In this document: positions 1 through 8,979 of the stretch, in pieces | Layout of the letters: each line of letters begins with the position of its first letter | Numbering within the stretch: the stretch's first letter is position 1 | Origin: Paenibacillus sp. | GTDB lineage: Bacteria; Bacillota; Bacilli; Paenibacillales; YIM-B00363 | DNA length: 32,000 nt | Assembly (NCBI RefSeq): GCF_031177825.1 | Contig: NZ_JAPSKE010000016.1 | Span: forward strand, 7,774-39,773 | Direction of reading: 5' to 3' | Position numbers and translations under genes: made by a program | The notes under the pieces: model-generated | What the model was told of the DNA's origin: nothing | The model's database searches: none | Seen by the model: only the letters and a program-made list of their open reading frames with translations

Positions 1-3000
1 ACGTTCGTCAAAGCCCTTCAACCCCGCGTGCAACAGGACAAGGGGTACTTCATATTCGGTAAATCGGAAGCGGGTCAGGAATCTACACCTTACGCCCCGT
101 TCATCGCGGCTTTCGCGGAGTTGGTCCGGCAGGTCGTGGCGGGCGGAGAAGAACAGTCGGCGCGATGGAAAGCCAGGCTGACTAAAGCATTGGGGCGAAG
201 CGGGAGCGTGCTCGCGCAAGTGGTCCCCGAATTGACCTGGTTGATCGGGGAGCAGCCGGCGGTCGAGGCGTTGTCCCCCGTGGAAGCGACGAATCGTTTT
301 CGAACGCTATTCGGCAACTTGATTCAGGCGTTCGCAGACGAGGAGCACCCTTTGGTCGTGGGACTTGACGATCTGCAATGGGCGGATTCGGCCTCTCTTC
401 AACTGCTTCGCGAGCTATGGAACCGCGCATCGCTCAAGCATGTCTTGATCATCGGAACGTATCGGGATCATGAGGGGAACGAGAAGCAGGGTCTCGAGGA
501 ACTGTTTCCGGACATGCCCGATTCCGATGTTGGAGGGATCGGCTATATGAACATACATGCCCTCAGCTATCCGGAAGTCAAACGGTACATGGGGGACGCG
601 CTGGATGCCGATTCGGAGCGAATCCGGCCGTTGGCGGATGTCCTCTATCGACAAACGGCGGGCAACCCGCTGTATCTCAAGCAGTTGCTGCAGACGTGCC
701 ATGATCGCAAATGGCTTTATTTCGATAGGGCGCGAATGCGGTGGGATTGGGACATGCAGGCCATCCAAGGGCTGGAGGGCTTTCAGCATGTCGAGGCTTT
801 AATCAGGAGCAGAATCGGGACGCTCCCGGAAGGAACCCGCATCGCGATGCGATGGGCCGGTGTCTTGGGCGCCTCCTTCGACATTGACAAGCTCTCGCTG
901 GTTACCGGGAAAGACATCGAGCAACTGATCCATGCGGTATCGCCGGCGGTGAGCGAAGGGTGGATCATGGTCGAAGAACGGCGTCTGACGTTCCTTCATG
1001 ATCAAGTTCGGAAGGTTGCTTACGATCTCATTCCGGAACAAGAGAAAGACCGAGTGCATCTGGAAGTCGGGCGATCCCTGCTCCGTTCGAAGAACTGTGC
1101 GGAAGTCGCCGAGGAACAATTGTTCGAGGTTGTGCATCATCTCAATACGGGCAGTGCGTACATCACGGACCGCTCGGAAGCCGAGCGTCTGGCCCGCCTG
1201 AACCTTCGAGCCGGAAGGAAGGCGAAGGCTTCCGCCGCTTATGGGCAAGCATCGGAGCTCCTAAAGATGGGGGCTCGATTCGTGGAGTCCGATGGCTGGT
1301 CCCGACCCGATGCGCTATATTTCAAGCTTGTGCTGGAACGTACGGAATGCCTTTATTTCTGCGGCGATATTCGTCAAGCCGAGGCGGACCTGCGGCAGCT
1401 GCTTGAGCATGCCGACCAAATCAATGATCGATCGCGAATTTACTCGATCATGATCATGATGTATTCGTTTCACAAGAGAATGGACGATGCCGTCAAGATT
1501 GCGCTTCAAGCCATGGCCGAGTTCGGATTTTCGATACCATCCTCATCGTCGCGTCCTGTCATTCTCGCCGAGATAGCGCGTACGCAGCTGGCCCTTGCCA
1601 AACCGCGAATGCGGCTAACCCATCTGTCTACGAATCAGGATCCCGAACATCAAGCCTTGGCTCAGATCGTGACGGTCTCCTCATCGGTTATATTTATTGT
1701 CGATCCGGCGATGGCTGTCGTCCTATTTGCGAAGTATGTACGAATGTCGTTGAGCCAAGGCCTCGGGAACGCGTTCTCCATCGCGTTGGGCTCCTATGCC
1801 ATCACCATGGCTTTCGGATTCGGAAAATATCGAACGGCTCAGCGACTGGCCGAGACGGCGTGGCAGTACGCCGAGCATTCGGACAGCCTTCTGCTCAAAG
1901 GGAAAGCCCAGCTCATACTGGCTTTGGTGAAACAATATCTCCATCCGCAAGAAGTCGTCCCCATGTTCGAGAAAGCGGGACAGCTCAGCATGGAATGCGG
2001 AGATATGGTCAGCGCCGGGAACGCCATAGCTTGCCACATGATCGCGGCCGACAATGATTTGGAGCGCTTGGAAGAAGTCTGTAATGCCTATGAAGAGAAG
2101 AATGCTTCGACGCTCGATGAGATCACGCTGCGGGTGCTGCATATTTCCAAACGATACGTCGAGTTGTTGCGACAGGAGACCGAGGACCACACGCTGTCGT
2201 TCAACATCCCGGGTCTCTCGGAGGAAATCATGCCGGTAGAGGGAGGATTGACGAACGAGGAGGAAGGGAACTGGTATTACTTCTATACGTGCAAGCTTGA
2301 GGTCGCGTTCGTCTATTCCCGATATTCGGAAACGATCGCCTTGGCCGAGCAGTCCGAACAGTTTGAGAGAGAGATGTTGTTGTCCGTCAAACAAAAGCAT
2401 TGTTTCTATCATGCCCTGGCTATCATGAGGTTGTATGCAGAGGCTTCCGAGCTTGGGCGAGGCAAGCATCGGAAAGCGTTGCGGAAGGCGATGCAACGTA
2501 TGCGGAAGTGGGCGAAGATCGCAACGGCGACGACATTGTCCAAATACCGGACGGTGCAGGCGGAATACGCCCGATTGCATCGTGAATACGATCGGGCGGC
2601 GAGGCTGTACGATCAGGCGATTCACGAGGCGCGGCAGGCAGGCGAATATCGGGACGAAGCGATTGCGGCGGAAACCGCCGCGAACTTCTATATGCAACGC
2701 AACGATCGCCGTCTGTCGGAAGCCTACCTCCGGAAAGCCTGCGAGGCTTATTACAGATGGGGGGCGACCCGGAAGTCGAAGAGCTTGCGGGGGCGCATCC
2801 CTGAGTTCCCCGAACTACCGTTCGAGGAAATCGAAGATGAGCTCAAGTCGGACCCGAAGCCGAATACGGACGCGCCTTCCTCGGAAGCGCCACTCCAGGA
2901 CATAGGTCTGAGGAAGGGCCTGGATTACGAGATGTTTCAGCAAATCGCCAACATCCAAACGGACCATCGGTCGGAGCTCTCGTTGGCGGAGAATTTCTTG

Positions 3001-3651
3001 CAGTCGGCGCTTCGCGCCACCGGTGCCGAAAGAGGTTTGGTCCTGTTCGGGGAGTCGAGCGACTTCATTATAGAGGCGGAACAAGAGATCAATCGGAATG
3101 GCGCGGTTTCTCCGGCTCAAGCGGGACAGTATTCAACCGCGGTCGTTCAATTCGTCCATCGGACGAAGGAGTCTGTCGTACTGGGGGATGCCTTGCAGAG
3201 CCATTTCGCATACGATGCGTACATGATTCATAGGAGTCCGCGATCGCTCTTGTGCTTGCCGATTCGCGATTCGGATCGGCGAGACGGCGTTCTGTATTTG
3301 GAAAACAATCAGATGTCCGATGCGTTCAAGATGGATCGTCTGGATCTGCTAGAAATGATATTTTCTCGCATGATGTATCTAAAGCTCTGGCAATCGGAAG
3401 ATCGAATGGACACAAATCGGACAGAGGATCGCACGAAGCGGAAGCCCTCGCTTATCGAATCTTTGACGAACCGCGAGATGGAGATCGTTCATCTCATGGC
3501 CGACGGGCTGTCCAATAAACAAATCGCCCTTCGTTTAGCGATTACGGAAGGGACGGTAAAAATTCATGCGAACAATATTTATGGAAAACTACAGGTGAAC
3601 AAACGGGTGCAAGCCATCAAGAAAGCCAGGGAGCTTCAGTTAATACATTAG
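1..3651 (+). CDS. Large STAND/AAA-ATPase, helical-repeat, GAF and LuxR-type HTH transcriptional regulator; 5' end lies outside the window
   Basis: Frame 1 is open from base 1, with no stop before the listed GTG at 28, so the gene is N-terminally truncated. It has an AAA_16-style Walker-B region (VVGLDDLQWADSASLQLL) and a long helical middle part. A GAF-like segment reads ...AERGLVLFGE...LLCLPIRDSDRRDGVLYLENN. The C-terminal GerE/LuxR HTH reads LTNREMEIVHLMADGLSNKQIALRLAITEGTVKIHANNIYGKLQV. Stop is at 3649-3651. Confidence 0.85.
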   Translation, partial: TFVKALQPRVQQDKGYFIFGKSEAGQESTPYAPFIAAFAELVRQVVAGGEEQSARWKARLTKALGRSGSVLAQVVPELTWLIGEQPAVEALSPVEATNRFRTLFGNLIQAFADEEHPLVVGLDDLQWADSASLQLLRELWNRASLKHVLIIGTYRDHEGNEKQGLEELFPDMPDSDVGGIGYMNIHALSYPEVKRYMGDALDADSERIRPLADVLYRQTAGNPLYLKQLLQTCHDRKWLYFDRARMRWDWDMQAIQGLEGFQHVEALIRSRIGTLPEGTRIAMRWAGVLGASFDIDKLSLVTGKDIEQLIHAVSPAVSEGWIMVEERRLTFLHDQVRKVAYDLIPEQEKDRVHLEVGRSLLRSKNCAEVAEEQLFEVVHHLNTGSAYITDRSEAERLARLNLRAGRKAKASAAYGQASELLKMGARFVESDGWSRPDALYFKLVLERTECLYFCGDIRQAEADLRQLLEHADQINDRSRIYSIMIMMYSFHKRMDDAVKIALQAMAEFGFSIPSSSSRPVILAEIARTQLALAKPRMRLTHLSTNQDPEHQALAQIVTVSSSVIFIVDPAMAVVLFAKYVRMSLSQGLGNAFSIALGSYAITMAFGFGKYRTAQRLAETAWQYAEHSDSLLLKGKAQLILALVKQYLHPQEVVPMFEKAGQLSMECGDMVSAGNAIACHMIAADNDLERLEEVCNAYEEKNASTLDEITLRVLHISKRYVELLRQETEDHTLSFNIPGLSEEIMPVEGGLTNEEEGNWYYFYTCKLEVAFVYSRYSETIALAEQSEQFEREMLLSVKQKHCFYHALAIMRLYAEASELGRGKHRKALRKAMQRMRKWAKIATATTLSKYRTVQAEYARLHREYDRAARLYDQAIHEARQAGEYRDEAIAAETAANFYMQRNDRRLSEAYLRKACEAYYRWGATRKSKSLRGRIPEFPELPFEEIEDELKSDPKPNTDAPSSEAPLQDIGLRKGLDYEMFQQIANIQTDHRSELSLAENFLQSALRATGAERGLVLFGESSDFIIEAEQEINRNGAVSPAQAGQYSTAVVQFVHRTKESVVLGDALQSHFAYDAYMIHRSPRSLLCLPIRDSDRRDGVLYLENNQMSDAFKMDRLDLLEMIFSRMMYLKLWQSEDRMDTNRTEDRTKRKPSLIESLTNREMEIVHLMADGLSNKQIALRLAITEGTVKIHANNIYGKLQVNKRVQAIKKARELQLIH

Positions 3652-3681
3652 GTTTCGTCGAATCGCTTCGCATAGGCTGTT

Positions 3682-3718
3682 GCCGATTTCATTCCGACAT
3701 CGGCGTCAGTCTTTTTTG
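3682..3718 (+). terminator. Weak candidate terminator after the regulator gene
   Basis: Short stem GCCGAT (3682-3687) / ATCGGC (3699-3704) with an 11-nt loop. The T-run (3712-3717) is displaced about 7 nt from the stem, which is not a textbook geometry. Confidence 0.3.
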
Positions 3719-3866
3719 TGCTACCCGTTAATCGACATAATACGACAAACAAACAAGAGAAATGTCGAATCTATAACTTTCGTTAGATGTCAATATACCT
3801 ATTATTCATGTAGAGTTTGTACAAGAATGCAAGACAACTATCTAACAGATAAGAGAGGAACAGAGA

Positions 3867-6512
3867 ATGAGCGGAAGAAAGAAATATATTTCGGTTTCAT
3901 GGAAAAGGTTCCTTGTGATGCTATTGTGCGTTATGATGTTTCCCCAGGATCAGCCGGGCGTACATGCCGCACCGGGCGATTCGGATACCATTACAACAAT
4001 AGCGGGGACGGGAAACAACGGCTATTACGGAGACGGCGGAGCAGCCGATGCCGCATGGTTGTACTACCCATCCGGCGTGACTGTGGATGATGCAGGCAAT
4101 CTATACATAGCCGATACAACGAACCATGTGGTTCGAAAGGTGGCGCCGAATGGAACCATCAGCACGGTAGCGGGAACGGGGGCGCAAGGATTTACGGGAG
4201 ACGGAGGTCAGGCTAACCAAGCTGAGCTTAATCACCCTACCGGCGTAGCGGTGGATAGCGGCGGAAATCTGTATATCGCCGATGCCTGGAATTACCGGGT
4301 GAGGAAGGTAGTCCCGAATGGAACGATCAGTACGGTAGCAGGCTCCGGCGATACTCCGGGAGACGGAAGTTCGGCCACTTCCACGTACCTGGCCAATCCT
4401 GAAGGCGTAGCGGTAGACGCTAACGGGAATCTTTATATCGCAGATAGCGAGGGCCACCGAATCTGGAAGGTGGGAGCAGATGGAACGATCCAGGCGATCG
4501 CAGGGACGGGCTCGGCAGGATTTTCGGGCGACGGGGGCCAGGCCGACCAGGCGGAGGTGAGCGCTCCCGTCGGCGTGGCTGTAGACGGCGACGGAATTGT
4601 GTATATCGCCGATACCGGCAACAATCGAATTCGGAAGATTGCGACAGACGGTACGATCAGTACGGTAACCGATCAGGTAGTCGGTGCCAAAGGAGTCGCG
4701 GTGGACGGCAGCGGGAATGTGTTCGTCGCCGATACCTCGAACTATCGAATCAAGAAGGTATCCGCGGGCGGAGCGGTTAGTACGGTGGCGGGTACCGGAG
4801 GCATAGGGTATACCGGAGACGGCGGGGCAGCCGACGCAGCCACATTTAACTCCCCTACAGGGGTAGCGGTTGACCTGGCGGGCAATGTGTATATCGCCGA
4901 TATGTCGAATCATGTGATCCGGATGGTAGGGGCTAACCCTTACCTGGTCGGTTTGACGTTGTCCAGCGGAACTTTGAGTCCGTCTTTCTCGTCCGCAGTA
5001 ACGGCCTACACAGCAACTGTAGGGAATAACGTGAACAGTCTCACGATGACGCCGACGTTATATGGCTCCGGCGGAACTGTAACGGTTGCCGTATACGACG
5101 GGAATGGAACGCTGGCAGGAGGTCCGTTCAGTGTAACGAGCGGTGCGGCATCTTCGGCGCTGCCTTTGAGCACGGGCAACAATACGATCTCCATCGAAGC
5201 GCCGTCGCTAGGCGGGACGACAAAGACGTATACCGTGACCGTAACGAAATCGGCAGCGGGCGTCGATGCCGATTTATTCGATTTATGGTTGAGCGAAGGA
5301 ATATTGAACCCGACTTTTGACCAGGCTATCACGAACTATGCGGTCGATGTAAGCAACGATGTGACCCGTCTCGCGGTTACGCCATGGTTGTCGGACGGTC
5401 AGGCAACCGTTACCGTGAATGGCGTTTCGGTCGCAGCTTACACGGAGAGCGATCCGATCGAATTAAGCGAAGGCAGCAATACGATCGCCGTTGCGGTTAC
5501 CGCGCAGGATGGCATCACGACGAAGACGTACACGATCACGGTCACAAGAGCGGTATCGGTCAGCAACAACGCGGATTTGAGCGGGCTGACGCTCAGCCAT
5601 GGCACGTTGGATCCGATGTTCGCCTCTGGAACGACAAGCTATACGGCAGATGTGGGGAATGCCGTCGCTAGCTTAACCGTGACGCCGACGGTGTCGGAGA
5701 GCCATGCGACCGTTACGGTGAACGGAGCGGTAGTAGCCAGCGGCTCGGCGAGCGAAGCGATCGACCTGAACGTAGGCAGCAATACGATCACAGTCGCGGT
5801 TACCGCGCAGGATGGCATCGCGACGAAAACGTACTCGATCACGATTCATGTCGACCTGGCGAACCCGGCGTTCGAGCCGGATATCGTGGACCCCACCAAT
5901 CAAGACGTGACGCTTACCGTCGTCTTCCCGGCGTATGCGGCGACCAAGCAAGTCAGCACCGATGCGCTCGCGTGGACCCCGTATACGGCGCCGATCGTCG
6001 CGACGGCGAATCAGGCGGTCTATGCGAGGTACGAGCACGAGAACGGCGGATGGAGCAATATAGTGCGCTACGATATCGGGAATATCGATAAGGAAGCGCC
6101 AACGACGGGGAGCGAGGTCGCCGTTGAGGCAACGTCGAAATACGTGACCGTAGCCTTCCAACCGGTGGACGGCGGATCCGGCATCGCCGGTACGTACTAC
6201 AAGGTCGACGGCGGCGCCGAGCAGACGGGGAATAGCGTACAACTGCGTTCGCAAGGAGCGCATACGATCGTCTATTGGAGCGTGGACCATGCGGGCAATC
6301 TCGAGCTTGAACGGCAGCTCTCGCTCGAAGTCCAGCGGCTTCCGATCCCGACGGAGGGCCGATTCCATATCGGACTGCTTCTGTCGTGGATGCGGCTAGC
6401 TACGCCTGAGCAGCTCGATATGAACGACGACGGCGCCTTCGATAAGCAGGATGTGGACGTCATGCTGCGCGCGATCGATCCGGTCGGATGGAGTTCTAAT
6501 CTTACGAACTAG
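3867..6512 (+). CDS. Secreted multidomain protein: signal peptide, six NHL-type beta-propeller repeats, three cadherin-like (CHU_C/Cadherin-like beta-sandwich) modules, an OmpL47/Ig-like segment and one dockerin-like Ca-loop
   Basis: RBS AGAGAGGA lies 7 nt upstream of the ATG. The N-terminus (KKYISVSWKRFLVMLLCVMMF...VHAAPG) looks like a signal peptide. Six repeats follow the pattern GDGG.A..A.L..P.GVAVD..GNLYIAD..N..IRKV..NGTISTVAG. Three ~100-aa modules follow L.GL.LS.G.L.P.F...T.Y...V.......V.PT.......TV.....TKTYT.TV. The segment GSGIAGTYYKVDGG...HTIVYWSVDHAGN is also present. The C-terminus reads DMNDDGAFDKQDVDVMLRAI. Confidence 0.85.
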   Translation: MSGRKKYISVSWKRFLVMLLCVMMFPQDQPGVHAAPGDSDTITTIAGTGNNGYYGDGGAADAAWLYYPSGVTVDDAGNLYIADTTNHVVRKVAPNGTISTVAGTGAQGFTGDGGQANQAELNHPTGVAVDSGGNLYIADAWNYRVRKVVPNGTISTVAGSGDTPGDGSSATSTYLANPEGVAVDANGNLYIADSEGHRIWKVGADGTIQAIAGTGSAGFSGDGGQADQAEVSAPVGVAVDGDGIVYIADTGNNRIRKIATDGTISTVTDQVVGAKGVAVDGSGNVFVADTSNYRIKKVSAGGAVSTVAGTGGIGYTGDGGAADAATFNSPTGVAVDLAGNVYIADMSNHVIRMVGANPYLVGLTLSSGTLSPSFSSAVTAYTATVGNNVNSLTMTPTLYGSGGTVTVAVYDGNGTLAGGPFSVTSGAASSALPLSTGNNTISIEAPSLGGTTKTYTVTVTKSAAGVDADLFDLWLSEGILNPTFDQAITNYAVDVSNDVTRLAVTPWLSDGQATVTVNGVSVAAYTESDPIELSEGSNTIAVAVTAQDGITTKTYTITVTRAVSVSNNADLSGLTLSHGTLDPMFASGTTSYTADVGNAVASLTVTPTVSESHATVTVNGAVVASGSASEAIDLNVGSNTITVAVTAQDGIATKTYSITIHVDLANPAFEPDIVDPTNQDVTLTVVFPAYAATKQVSTDALAWTPYTAPIVATANQAVYARYEHENGGWSNIVRYDIGNIDKEAPTTGSEVAVEATSKYVTVAFQPVDGGSGIAGTYYKVDGGAEQTGNSVQLRSQGAHTIVYWSVDHAGNLELERQLSLEVQRLPIPTEGRFHIGLLLSWMRLATPEQLDMNDDGAFDKQDVDVMLRAIDPVGWSSNLTN
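4944..5850 (+). repeat. Three tandem ~300-nt intragenic modules encoding the cadherin-like domains
   Basis: Modules 2 and 3 keep near-identical DNA stretches offset by 303 nt. Compare GGCAGCAATACGATC...GCGGTTACCGCGCAGGATGGCATC.CGACGAA.ACGTAC.CGATCACG at about 5472-5540 and about 5775-5843. Confidence 0.8.
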
Positions 6513-6569
6513 CGGTCGGGGTTTGTTGTTTATAGTGGGAATTCCACGGTATGACATCCCTGCTTGACT

Positions 6570-6600
6570 CCGCCCGGAGAATTCTCTGGGCGGTTTATTA
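6570..6600 (+). terminator. Rho-independent terminator of the NHL-protein gene
   Basis: Stem CCGCCCGGAGA / TCTCTGGGCGG around a GAATTC centre (6570-6593), followed by TTTATTA. Confidence 0.7.
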
Positions 6601-6837
6601 TAAGGAGATTGAACGCTAAGCCCGAGTAACAGCGACAACGATTTTGCTATTTCCGAAGGAAGCAAGCAACCGATGAAGCGCGAGACGAACCCTGTCGAGC
6701 GAAGAGTCTAGGCGCATGCCCCTGCTTTCCCCCGAAATCGCAATAAGTCGAAAACGCCCGATCTAGGCGAACCGGCACCCTGCCCGATGAATAAACCATA
6801 GAAGAACAGTGGGAATTAAGGGCAGGGTGATTTCGAC

Positions 6838-7716
6838 ATGAGAAGGTTGGTCTTATTCAGTCTCGTCGGGTTTTTCGCGCAGCTGGTCGACGGTTCGCTC
6901 GGGATGGGTTTCGGGGCGACGTCGGGGTCGCTGCTGCTGATGTTCGGCGTCGCTCCTGCGGTCGTATCGGCGTCGATTCATCTGGCGGAGGTCGGGACGA
7001 CGGCGGCGTCCGGGGCATCGCATCTCTACTTTAAGAACGTAGACCGGCGGCTCGCCTGGCGGCTGCTTATCCCCGGAGCGATTGCCGCGTTCTTGGGCGC
7101 AGCGTTCCTAAGCTCCTTACCGGGGCATCTGCTGAAGCCGTTCATTGCGGCGTTCTTGACGGCGCTCGGGGTGTATATTTTAATTCGATTCTTGCTTCAA
7201 GCGAGACGGCGTCAAGACGAGCCGGAACAGCAGCCCGCGTATTCGAAAACGTTCGTCATCCCGCTCGCGATCGTCGGCGGTTTCTTCGACGCCGTCGGCG
7301 GCGGCGGATGGGGCCCGATCACGACGCCCGCGCTGCTCGCGAAGAACGGCGCGACGCCGCGCAAGGTCGTCGGCACGGTCGCGACGAGCGAGTTCGCGGT
7401 CGCGGTCTCGGCGACGCTCGGGTTCGTTCTCTTCCTTGGCTGGGAGGCGTTCAATTTGTTCTGGGTGCTTGCGTTCGTCCTCGGCGGCGTGTTCGCGGCG
7501 CCGCTAGCGGCTTACCTCGTGAAGGTCATTCCGACGCAATATATGGGCGTGACCGTTGGCGGCTTCATTATTCTGACGAACCTCAACACGCTGCTCCAGT
7601 CGGCGGATTTCGTGCCGAGCGAGTGGACGGTTCCGATCTATATCGTCGTATTCGTCCTGTGGATCTCCGCGGTCGTCTACCAATGGTCGTCGCGCCGGCG
7701 CGTCGCTAACGCGTAA
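6838..7716 (+). CDS. TauE/SafE (DUF81) family sulfite/anion exporter-type membrane permease
   Basis: A 292-aa polytopic membrane protein. The N-terminus (FFAQLVDGSLGMGFGATSGSLLLMFGVAP...ASIHLAEVGTT) and the internal duplicated half (GGFFDAVGGGGWGPITTPALL) are typical of this family. Confidence 0.8.
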   Translation: MRRLVLFSLVGFFAQLVDGSLGMGFGATSGSLLLMFGVAPAVVSASIHLAEVGTTAASGASHLYFKNVDRRLAWRLLIPGAIAAFLGAAFLSSLPGHLLKPFIAAFLTALGVYILIRFLLQARRRQDEPEQQPAYSKTFVIPLAIVGGFFDAVGGGGWGPITTPALLAKNGATPRKVVGTVATSEFAVAVSATLGFVLFLGWEAFNLFWVLAFVLGGVFAAPLAAYLVKVIPTQYMGVTVGGFIILTNLNTLLQSADFVPSEWTVPIYIVVFVLWISAVVYQWSSRRRVANA

Positions 7717-7734
7717 CTGCATCCTTCCGGCATG

Positions 7735-7760
7735 CGCCGCCCCTGAGGGCGGCGTTTTCC
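7735..7760 (+). terminator. Rho-independent terminator of the TauE-like gene
   Basis: Perfect 8-bp GC stem CGCCGCCC (7735-7742) / GGGCGGCG (7747-7754) with loop CTGA, followed by TTTTCCTTTTCC. Confidence 0.8.
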
Positions 7761-7770
7761 TTTTCCATAG

Positions 7771-7920
7771 ACGCCGATTGTGGGGGACTCGTCGGGAACG
7801 ACCGTCTGCAGGCGGGCGGATACCCGCGCGAAACGGCGGGAAGAAATGAAGGACATCCCGAAGTTAGGCTTGCGGGGCAAGACGTACATCATGATGGGCG
7901 ACGTAGGCAAGAAGGCGTTG
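7771..7920 (+). promoter_or_regulatory. Candidate yybP-ykoY (Mn2+) riboswitch aptamer in the leader of the TerC-family gene
   Basis: The region has no plausible gene and sits between two terminators, upstream of a TerC/YkoY-type gene. The 5' element GGGGGACU-CGUCGGGAA resembles the conserved GGGGAGUAGCGUCGGGAA. The 3' element GACGUACAUCAUGAUG...GUAGGCAAGAAGGCG resembles UUGACAUAC..hairpin..UAGCAAGACC. The flanking CGCC/GGCG could close P1. The match was made by eye and is imperfect in the L1 loop. Confidence 0.5.
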
Positions 7921-7930
7921 TAGCGCAAAG

Positions 7931-7964
7931 AGCGTCGTTCCTTTACGGAACGATGCTTTTTTTG
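7931..7964 (+). terminator. Intrinsic terminator acting as the putative expression platform of the leader
   Basis: Stem AGCGTCGTTCC (7931-7941) / GGAACGATGCT (7947-7957) with one G-U pair and loop TTTAC, followed by a 7-T run. No ORF ends just upstream, which is the behaviour expected of an attenuator. Confidence 0.7.
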
Positions 7965-8097
7965 AAACGCTTCGGCTTGCCGGACGTAAAAAAAACTAGG
8001 TCCCGACGTGCCTGTCCGCGATGAATTAGGTATACTAATGGTTGGGCAAGTTAACGTTAATTACATATAGAATTGTTGACTGCTGACACTTACAGGG

Positions 8098-8892
8098 ATG
8101 AAGAGAGGAGCAATCGAGTTGGAGTCACTTTGGCTGGAGTACGCATGGGCATTACTGATCCTGATCGGGTTGGAGGGGTTGCTGTCCGCCGACAATGCGC
8201 TCGTGTTGGCGGTCATCGCGAAGCATCTTCCGGACGATCAGAAGAAGAAGGCGATCAATTACGGCATTATTATGGCCTTCGTTTTCCGGTTCGCCGCGCT
8301 GTTCGCCATTTCCTTCATCGCGAACGTTTGGCAGGTACAGGCGATCGGCGCAGCCTATCTGCTATATCTTGGGATAAAGCACATCGTTCAAGCGAAGTTC
8401 GGGAAGAAACCCGAGGCTCATCAGAAGGAATTAAAGCAAGAATCCTCGGGGAAAGGGTTTTGGCCTACGGTCGGCAAGATCGCTCTGGCCGATCTCGCGT
8501 TCGCGATCGATTCCATTCTCGCCGCGGTAGCGCTCGCCCTCGGACTTCCGGATTCCCCGCTGGGCGAATTCGGCGGCATGGACGGAGGTCAGTTTATCGT
8601 CGTCGTGCTTGGGGGCATCGCCGGTCTGGTCTTGATCAAGTATGCGGCCACTTGGTTCGTGAAGCTGCTTGGACAACGTCCGGCGCTGGAAACGACGGCT
8701 TACGCGATCGTGGCTTGGGTCGGGGTGAAGCTGGCCGTCATCACGCTCGCCCACGAGGATATCGGCGTGTTGGATCATCATTTCCCGCATAGCACGGGAT
8801 GGACGACAGTGTTCTACATCGTCTTGGTCGCGATCGCCCTCCTCGGTTGGTTCGCGCCTAGCAACAAGCAGGCAAAGGCGACCCAATCGTAA
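8098..8892 (+). CDS. TerC-family integral membrane protein (YkoY/MeeY-like, putative Mn2+ exporter)
   Basis: Carries the signature WALLILIGLEGLLSADNALVLAVI plus a second half-repeat ADLAFAIDSILAAVAL. The listed ATG is at 8098. A TTG at 8119 sits 8 nt after GAGAGGAG (8103-8110) and is at least as good a start. Confidence 0.85.
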   Translation: MKRGAIELESLWLEYAWALLILIGLEGLLSADNALVLAVIAKHLPDDQKKKAINYGIIMAFVFRFAALFAISFIANVWQVQAIGAAYLLYLGIKHIVQAKFGKKPEAHQKELKQESSGKGFWPTVGKIALADLAFAIDSILAAVALALGLPDSPLGEFGGMDGGQFIVVVLGGIAGLVLIKYAATWFVKLLGQRPALETTAYAIVAWVGVKLAVITLAHEDIGVLDHHFPHSTGWTTVFYIVLVAIALLGWFAPSNKQAKATQS

Positions 8893-8913
8893 CGTATCCG
8901 TGAGTGGAAAGGT

Positions 8914-8952
8914 AAGAGCTAAGCCGGTTGAAAACCGCTTAGCTCTTTTTTC
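8914..8952 (+). terminator. Rho-independent terminator of the TerC-family gene
   Basis: An 11-bp stem AAGAGCTAAGC (8914-8924) / GCTTAGCTCTT (8937-8947), followed by TTTTT. Confidence 0.8.
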
Positions 8953-8979
8953 CGTATTTTCGAGGGGGCTCATACGACC

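Noticed and set aside
7846-7923. 25-codon ORF (MKDIPKLGLRGKTYIMMGDVGKKAL) between the two terminators upstream of the TerC gene
   Set aside because: It has no convincing RBS and lies entirely within sequence that is better explained as the yybP-ykoY-like aptamer. I kept it only as a remote leader-peptide possibility.
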